This document shows, piece after piece, positions 13,813 to 19,207 of a stretch of DNA of 19,207 nucleotides. Numbering within the stretch: position 1 is the stretch's first letter; every line of letters begins with the position of its first letter. This DNA is from a bacterium (GTDB lineage Bacteria; Zhuqueibacterota; Zhuqueibacteria; Oceanimicrobiales; Oceanimicrobiaceae): positions 1 to 19,207 of the forward strand of contig JBHHXT010000086.1 in the NCBI GenBank assembly GCA_046757165.1, read 5' to 3'. The notes under the pieces were generated by a model. It ran no database searches. It saw nothing but the letters and a program-made list of their open reading frames with translations, and was not told the origin of the DNA. A program made the translations under genes and the position numbers.

Positions 13813-14817
13813 ATGGTTGAACGAGCTTTTTTAATCCTTTGTTTGTTGGGGGCCATTCCAGGGTCGGCTTCGAGTCAAACGACTCTGGCAGGGGGGCGTG
13901 GCATGTTTCGGGTGCACTCCGCTGAAACCGTGCAGGCCGGCTCCTTTATTTTGAATTCCTTTTTTTTGAGCTTCATAAATGATGACAAGAACAGCCGCTT
14001 CGGCAATGACCACACCTGGAACCTGGGTTTGACCTACGGCCTGAATGACCGCCTGGAGCTGACTGCACAGATTGTGCCGTACCAGGATGACCAGCGTCAC
14101 AGTTGGGCGCCGCCCGGAGAAACGAAAGTGGGCGTCAAATGGGCCACGCCGCTTTCCGGTCAGCGTGTTCAAACCGGGCTGCGGGGGTTTGTTCGCCTGC
14201 CCACCGCCAAGACTGCCAACCGGCCATTCGAGCCGTACTCCTCGGGCAAAGTAGCGCTCGGTGCCGTGGCCCTCCTGAGCCTTGATATTCCCGGGCGGTT
14301 ACCGCTCAGACTCAATTTCAATTTTGGCTATTTGGACAACGATATTTCAACTTTTCTATCCCGGGAACGAACCGATCAACTGCTTCTGGGGGTCGGGGTG
14401 AAACTCCCCATCCGCGCTATCATCTTTTACACCGAGTACACAGGGGAAATCTTTTTCAACCATGATAAGATCAGCTTCAGGGACAACTCGATGCGGCTGA
14501 CGCACGGGTTCAAATTCCGCGTGCCGTTCAACCTGGTTCTGGATCTGGGAGCGGACATTGGCTTCAGCAACAAACGACAGCGCTACCCGGCGCCGCTGCA
14601 CGAGTACGCTGACTGGAAGATCTTCATGGGACTGTCCTACCATTTTTTGACCAGCCGGGTGTGGCGCGGTGTCCCCCAAACCCCACGAATTGACCGCAAA
14701 AAGCAACAACGCAAGTTGCAAGAATTGCGCAGCCGGCGTGAACGTGTCGACCAGGAGCTGAATGAGATGTTGAACGAGCTCGAGAAAGAAGTAGAAAAGG
14801 AAAAGAATGAACCCTGA
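13813..14817 (+). CDS. Exported, probable outer-membrane beta-barrel protein with a C-terminal charged coiled coil
   Basis: Signal peptide to about ASS/Q; GGRGMFRVHSAETVQAG; amphipathic strands NLGLTYGL, LNFNFGY, LLGVGVKL, LDLGADIG and WKIFMGLSYHF; tail KKQQRKLQELRSRRERVDQELNEMLNELEKE. Confidence 0.75.
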   Translation: MVERAFLILCLLGAIPGSASSQTTLAGGRGMFRVHSAETVQAGSFILNSFFLSFINDDKNSRFGNDHTWNLGLTYGLNDRLELTAQIVPYQDDQRHSWAPPGETKVGVKWATPLSGQRVQTGLRGFVRLPTAKTANRPFEPYSSGKVALGAVALLSLDIPGRLPLRLNFNFGYLDNDISTFLSRERTDQLLLGVGVKLPIRAIIFYTEYTGEIFFNHDKISFRDNSMRLTHGFKFRVPFNLVLDLGADIGFSNKRQRYPAPLHEYADWKIFMGLSYHFLTSRVWRGVPQTPRIDRKKQQRKLQELRSRRERVDQELNEMLNELEKEVEKEKNEP

Positions 14818-16219
14818 GCGCTTCAGGAAAATCGCTCGGCTTGCCTTCTTGCTTTGCGGCCTCGCCATCGTGCTGCAGACCGGCGTTGTGGGCGCGGCCC
14901 TGCATGAGAGTCACAATATGACCACAATCAAAACCACCGGTCGGGCCGGTAATGATGATGATAAAGAGCAGAAAGAGCTCGAAAAGGCAGCCCGGAAAAT
15001 CTACAAACGAGCACTCAAGAGCTATGAGAACAGCAGCTATTGGCGGGCTGCGGTGGACCTCGTCATTATTCTGGATTTCTATTCCAGCTACTCCGGGCTG
15101 GATGACGTGATCTGTCTCCTGGCCAATTGTTTGTACGAAATGGAAATGTACGACGGCGCCGACCGGCTCTATCGCCACCTGTTGAAGTCGGGGCGCAAGA
15201 CCGAGTGGATCGCCGATGCCTTGTTGGGCCTGCAAAAGTCTGCCTATCAAAAGGGCGAGTTTCAGCAAAGCTTGAAGTTCTACAAAGCGCTGGAATCCCA
15301 CTACACGCAGGACGACAACATTCATGAGTCGCGCTACTACGCAGGGCAAACCTACTTCAACCTGGAAAATTACAACCTGGTGCTCAATATTGTGCCGCAC
15401 ATCAAAAAGAAAAGCGACTTTTATCCGTTTGCGCTCTACACCCTGGGGCTTGCAAATCTAAAAAAAAAAAATGTGCGGGAGTCGATCAGGAATTTTCTCG
15501 ACGTCATCCGGTTTTCGGCCAACAGCCCGGAACGGCGCCACATTATTGCTTCGGCTCGGTTGACGCTTGGGTACGTTTATTTTGAGCTGTCCAGCTATGA
15601 TGAGGCGGCGGAGCATTTGTCAAAGATTTTGCCGGACTATTCCGACTACCCGGAGGTTTTGCTCGCGAGAGGATGGGCCTCATTCAAGTCTGGAGATTTT
15701 CAGGCCGTGCTCGAGACGTTGAACGGATTGATCGAGGGCTACCCCGATTACTCGAACCTGGAAGAAGCGTATTTCTTGCGAGGACAATGTTACCTGAAGC
15801 TGGGCTATCATGACTTTGCGATTCGCGAGTATGACAAGCTCATCGTGCCGGGGAATTCACCGGATTCCGCGGCAGCGCTGCAGGAGGTCGGGCAGGGGCT
15901 TAGTAGTCAGGAAAAACGCATTGAGGAATTAGCGGCTAACCTGCAGCAACTCGAGTCGGCCCTGGTCAGGTCGATCCCGCTGGATGGCAGCAACGGGCGC
16001 CTCGAGTCCTGGGCTGACAGCCAGGTCTCGATCAAGTTGGCCCGCGAGAATCTGATCAAAAAAATCATGCGGGAGCGAGATGAGTTTTACGAGGTTCTGG
16101 ATAATATCGCCCGGCTCAAAAGACGTTTCAAAAGGAATGATCTGCGTGAGCGGTGGCGGACTTACGCTGAGTATGGCAAGGCCAGAGCGCTGTTTTTGAG
16201 GGGAATTGATCCGCAATAG
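14807..16219 (+). CDS. Exported tetratricopeptide repeat protein with a C-terminal coiled coil (GltC-like)
   Basis: Hydrophobic N-terminus; multiple TPRs (YYAGQTYF, ALYTLGLA, ARLTLGYVYF, VLLARGWASF, AYFLRGQCYL); overlaps the upstream gene by 11 bp. Confidence 0.85.
   Translation: MNPERFRKIARLAFLLCGLAIVLQTGVVGAALHESHNMTTIKTTGRAGNDDDKEQKELEKAARKIYKRALKSYENSSYWRAAVDLVIILDFYSSYSGLDDVICLLANCLYEMEMYDGADRLYRHLLKSGRKTEWIADALLGLQKSAYQKGEFQQSLKFYKALESHYTQDDNIHESRYYAGQTYFNLENYNLVLNIVPHIKKKSDFYPFALYTLGLANLKKKNVRESIRNFLDVIRFSANSPERRHIIASARLTLGYVYFELSSYDEAAEHLSKILPDYSDYPEVLLARGWASFKSGDFQAVLETLNGLIEGYPDYSNLEEAYFLRGQCYLKLGYHDFAIREYDKLIVPGNSPDSAAALQEVGQGLSSQEKRIEELAANLQQLESALVRSIPLDGSNGRLESWADSQVSIKLARENLIKKIMRERDEFYEVLDNIARLKRRFKRNDLRERWRTYAEYGKARALFLRGIDPQ
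15460..15471 (+). repeat. A12 homopolymer inside the TPR CDS
   Basis: CTA AAA AAA AAA AAT (LKKKN); currently in frame. Confidence 0.9.
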
Positions 16220-16269
16220 AATGTAAAGGTTGGCTACGGATTGCACTTTTGATGGCGGTGTGTTTTTTT

Positions 16270-19146
16270 ATGATTATGATTAAGAGAAATCTGGTTTCAT
16301 TTGCTTTATGCTTGTGTCTCGCTCCGGCACTGTATCCGGTCCGGGCCGTGGCGCAGGATGCGGCCGGTCATGAGATTCAGACCCTGCGCAATCTCGAGGA
16401 GGCGATCAAGAACTCCGAGACCCTCCTTTCCAAGTACTCGGACAAAGATTTTACCGCGACGCTGATGTTCCAACTGTCCGAGCTCTACCTCAAACGCGCC
16501 ACGATGAAGTTTCAGCGTGAGATGCTCATCTACGAGCAGGCCGAGGAAAAATTCAACCAGGGGCTCAGCGACACCCCGCCAGAGGTGCCGCGGGTGGACT
16601 TCAGCCAAACCATCAACATCTCTCTGAAACTGCTGGCAAAATATCCGGCTATCCATTTTCGCGACAAACTTCTCTACCGCGTCGCTCTGTGCTATTCTCA
16701 AGAAGGCGAGCAAGACAAAGCAGCCGAGTATTTCAAATTGCTCTCCGAAGAAACGGAGGAAGAAGCGCTGCTGGAAGAAGCCCACTTCAGGCTCGGAGAA
16801 TATTATTTCGAGCACAAGGACTACACTGCGACCATCGATTATTACAGTCTCCTGCTCGAAAGCTGGGACAGCCCGTTTTTCGATATGGCGCTCTACAAAC
16901 TTGGCTGGGCCTACTACAACATCAATGATTTTACCCGGGCGATCAGCACGTTTATCTACTTGATCGAAGACATCGACATTTTGCAGGACGTCGAAGCGCA
17001 CAACCTTGGCAAGTCCAGGGCTGACTTGCGGCAGGAGGCCATCGAGTATGTCGCCATCTGTTTCGCCGAGTATGGCGGCCCGGAGAAAGCCCGTGACTTC
17101 TTGAAAGAAAAGAAGGGCAAAGATTACACAGAAGAGGTGCTCTCTCACCTGGCGACCATCTATCAGCAGCGAAATTTCTACGATGAGGCCATTACGACGC
17201 TCCAGACGCTCATCGACTTTTATCCCGATCAACCCACCGCCGTCCAATACCAGAGGCAGATTGTAGAGAACCATGAGCTGGCCGGCGACAAAGAGCAGGC
17301 GGACCTCGAACGCGCCGTCCTGGTCGAAGGATATGGCCCCGGTTCCGAGTGGTTCCAGCGCATTCCGGATGGGCCGGCCCGGCAGGAAATCCTGAACATC
17401 GCGGAGACCTTTCTGTACACCCTCGGCAGCGAAGCGCAAGAGTTGGCGCAGGCATCCGGGGCGCTCGCTGACTACGAGATCGCCATCGGCTGGTACAGCG
17501 ATTATATGAAGAAATTTCCCACGTTTGAACGAGCGCACAAAGTACAGTTTTACCTGGCTGAATGTACCTACGAAATCGGGAACTACCTGCAAGCCGCAAC
17601 CGCCTATTACGACCTGTTGCTGAATTATCCCGAGTCGGAATTTGGCGAAACCGCCGCCTACAATCGCATTCTCGCTTACAATCATCTCCTGCGATCGAAC
17701 AACACCCCGGATTCGACGGATTTCTTCTTGTTCAATTTCCTTGGCAAAGAGCAAGCCAGCGTTGAGATTATCAAGGCGCAAAACGGCCATCAGGCCCAGC
17801 TCATGCAAGCGTGCCATGACTTTTTTGTCTACCACCCGCGCAGCCCGAAAGTCAACGAGGTTCTGATGAATTTTGCACAGATTCTCTTCGAGCTCGAGCA
17901 GTATAAGCTGGCCAAGCAAGTCTATGCCGAGGTCATGCTAGAGCCTGCCGGAAATCCGTATCTCACGCAAGCCTACTCCTTGATGGCGCAGTGCGAATTC
18001 CAGCAAGAGAATTATGACGCGGCGGAAAGCTGGTTTATGCAGATCCGCGAGCTTTTCCCGGATTCGACCCGGTACGTGGCCCGGGCAAACAAGATGATTG
18101 CCTCGTCCAGATTCCGGCGCGCAGAGTTGTACCTGACCGGCGGCGACAGCGGGCGCGCCGCCGAAGCATTCGTAAAGGTGGCCGAGACAGCCCCGGACAG
18201 CGCCATCGCAGAACGGGCGCACTTCGAGGCCGCAAAGCAGTTTGAACAGCTCGGTAAGCCAGAGCGCGCCATTGCGCTGTATGAAGCCGTGCCGCTCAAG
18301 TTTCCAGGAGCCAGCCTGCAGGACGAAGCGCTTTTCAAGGCCGGCATCTTGTGTGAAGGTCTCGAGCAGTGGGAGCGGGCCGCAACCAACTACCTGAAGT
18401 TGTATGAGCACGACCGGTTTTCAGAATATGCCGCAGGCGGGTTGTTTTCCGCCGCCAGATGTTATGAGACGGCCCATCGCTACGGCGAGGCCAGAAAATA
18501 CTACCACGAGTACACCGAGTCGTATGTCCAGGACCCGGACCGCTTTCTGGAAGCAGCTTTTCGAAAAGCTGAGATCGCCTACGGTCTCGAAGATTTCGAA
18601 AATGCCCTGGATGACTTGAGATTTGTCCTTCGCTCTTATCAGGATCTTCGCAAAGAAAAGGTGCAAGTTGATAATTATTTTGCTGCCAATTCGCAATTCT
18701 TGATAGCAGAGATTTCCTATAAAGCGTTCAGAAAGATCAAACTGGAAGTGCCGCTCGAGCGCACGTTGAAACGAAAGCAGACCCTGTTTCGGCGTGTCCT
18801 GAAAGCTTATACCCACGCAGCGAAATTCAAGGTGGCCGAATGGACGACCGCCTCTTCCTACAAGATCGGACAAACCTTTGAGGAGTTTGCAGATGCCCTG
18901 CTGGCGGCGCCGCAGCCAAAGAATCTGTCGGCAAACGATCGGGATCAATATAACCGCACGCTTTGGGAGCGGGTTCTGCCTTTCAAGGAAAAGGCCAGGA
19001 AAGCGTACGAAACCAATGTGAAGAATGCCCGGGAGAATGGCATTCAAAATCGATGGATCATGGAAAGCGAAAAGCGGCTGAGTGAGCTCAGTCTTGAGTT
19101 AGGCCTCGGCGCCGCAGCCCCTCACCGTGATGACGCCGGGTCCTGA
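16270..19146 (+). CDS. Large exported tetratricopeptide repeat protein (GltD/AgmU-like)
   Basis: Signal peptide MIKRNLVSFALCLCLAPALYPVRAVA/Q (start could be 16249, 16252, 16270 or 16276); EEAHFRLGEYYF, ALYKLGWAYYN, DLRQEAI, YGPGSEW; C-terminus EWTTASSYKIGQTFEEFADALLAAPQPKNL...VLPFKEKARKAYETNV...NRWIMES. Confidence 0.88.
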   Translation: MIMIKRNLVSFALCLCLAPALYPVRAVAQDAAGHEIQTLRNLEEAIKNSETLLSKYSDKDFTATLMFQLSELYLKRATMKFQREMLIYEQAEEKFNQGLSDTPPEVPRVDFSQTINISLKLLAKYPAIHFRDKLLYRVALCYSQEGEQDKAAEYFKLLSEETEEEALLEEAHFRLGEYYFEHKDYTATIDYYSLLLESWDSPFFDMALYKLGWAYYNINDFTRAISTFIYLIEDIDILQDVEAHNLGKSRADLRQEAIEYVAICFAEYGGPEKARDFLKEKKGKDYTEEVLSHLATIYQQRNFYDEAITTLQTLIDFYPDQPTAVQYQRQIVENHELAGDKEQADLERAVLVEGYGPGSEWFQRIPDGPARQEILNIAETFLYTLGSEAQELAQASGALADYEIAIGWYSDYMKKFPTFERAHKVQFYLAECTYEIGNYLQAATAYYDLLLNYPESEFGETAAYNRILAYNHLLRSNNTPDSTDFFLFNFLGKEQASVEIIKAQNGHQAQLMQACHDFFVYHPRSPKVNEVLMNFAQILFELEQYKLAKQVYAEVMLEPAGNPYLTQAYSLMAQCEFQQENYDAAESWFMQIRELFPDSTRYVARANKMIASSRFRRAELYLTGGDSGRAAEAFVKVAETAPDSAIAERAHFEAAKQFEQLGKPERAIALYEAVPLKFPGASLQDEALFKAGILCEGLEQWERAATNYLKLYEHDRFSEYAAGGLFSAARCYETAHRYGEARKYYHEYTESYVQDPDRFLEAAFRKAEIAYGLEDFENALDDLRFVLRSYQDLRKEKVQVDNYFAANSQFLIAEISYKAFRKIKLEVPLERTLKRKQTLFRRVLKAYTHAAKFKVAEWTTASSYKIGQTFEEFADALLAAPQPKNLSANDRDQYNRTLWERVLPFKEKARKAYETNVKNARENGIQNRWIMESEKRLSELSLELGLGAAAPHRDDAGS

Positions 19147-19172
19147 AGGGAGAGCGGTAGCGTCAAAAGTCT

Positions 19173-19207
19173 ATGAAAAAGAATGAAAAAGGGATGTTTT
19201 GCCAACA
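19173..19207 (+). CDS. Probable start of the next gene of the operon (truncated by the window edge)
   Basis: ATG at 19173 (MKKNEKGMFCQ) or 19183 (MKKGCFAN); both are open to the end, and the MKK start suggests a signal peptide. Confidence 0.3.
   Translation, partial: MKKNEKGMFCQ

Noticed and set aside
16306..17919. 537-aa antisense ORF
   Set aside because: Lies entirely opposite the TPR gene and has no recognisable motifs; typical shadow ORF.

Overview
Bacterial genomic window. The T9SS/FlgD-type C-terminal domain, the long S16 and the STN-CarboxypepD-type TonB receptor suggest an FCB-affiliated lineage such as KSB1 or Calditrichota (inference). Gene content in order: a secreted multidomain CotH-family kinase (+); a divergent adenosine-specific kinase (DUF355)-like gene (-); the conserved ffh-rpsP-khpA-rimM-trmD-rplS cluster (-); a cell-surface-signalling trio of ECF sigma, FecR and TonB-dependent transducer (+); and the start of an operon encoding an outer-membrane barrel and two exported TPR proteins that resemble GltC and GltD/AgmU of the Agl-Glt core machinery (+). 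The most unusual signal is non-coding. Six intergenic spaces carry decayed palindromic elements, most with short-period repeat arms and some nested. One (10574-10683) still encloses an RBS and the first 13 codons of a four-helix-bundle (23S rRNA IVS-type) gene, so it looks like an internally deleted cassette. Also notable are a sigma54/IHF/enhancer-like layout upstream of the Glt-like operon, an in-frame A12 tract in the GltC-like gene and a probably leaderless ECF mRNA. All family assignments come from motif recognition by eye; no database search was run.
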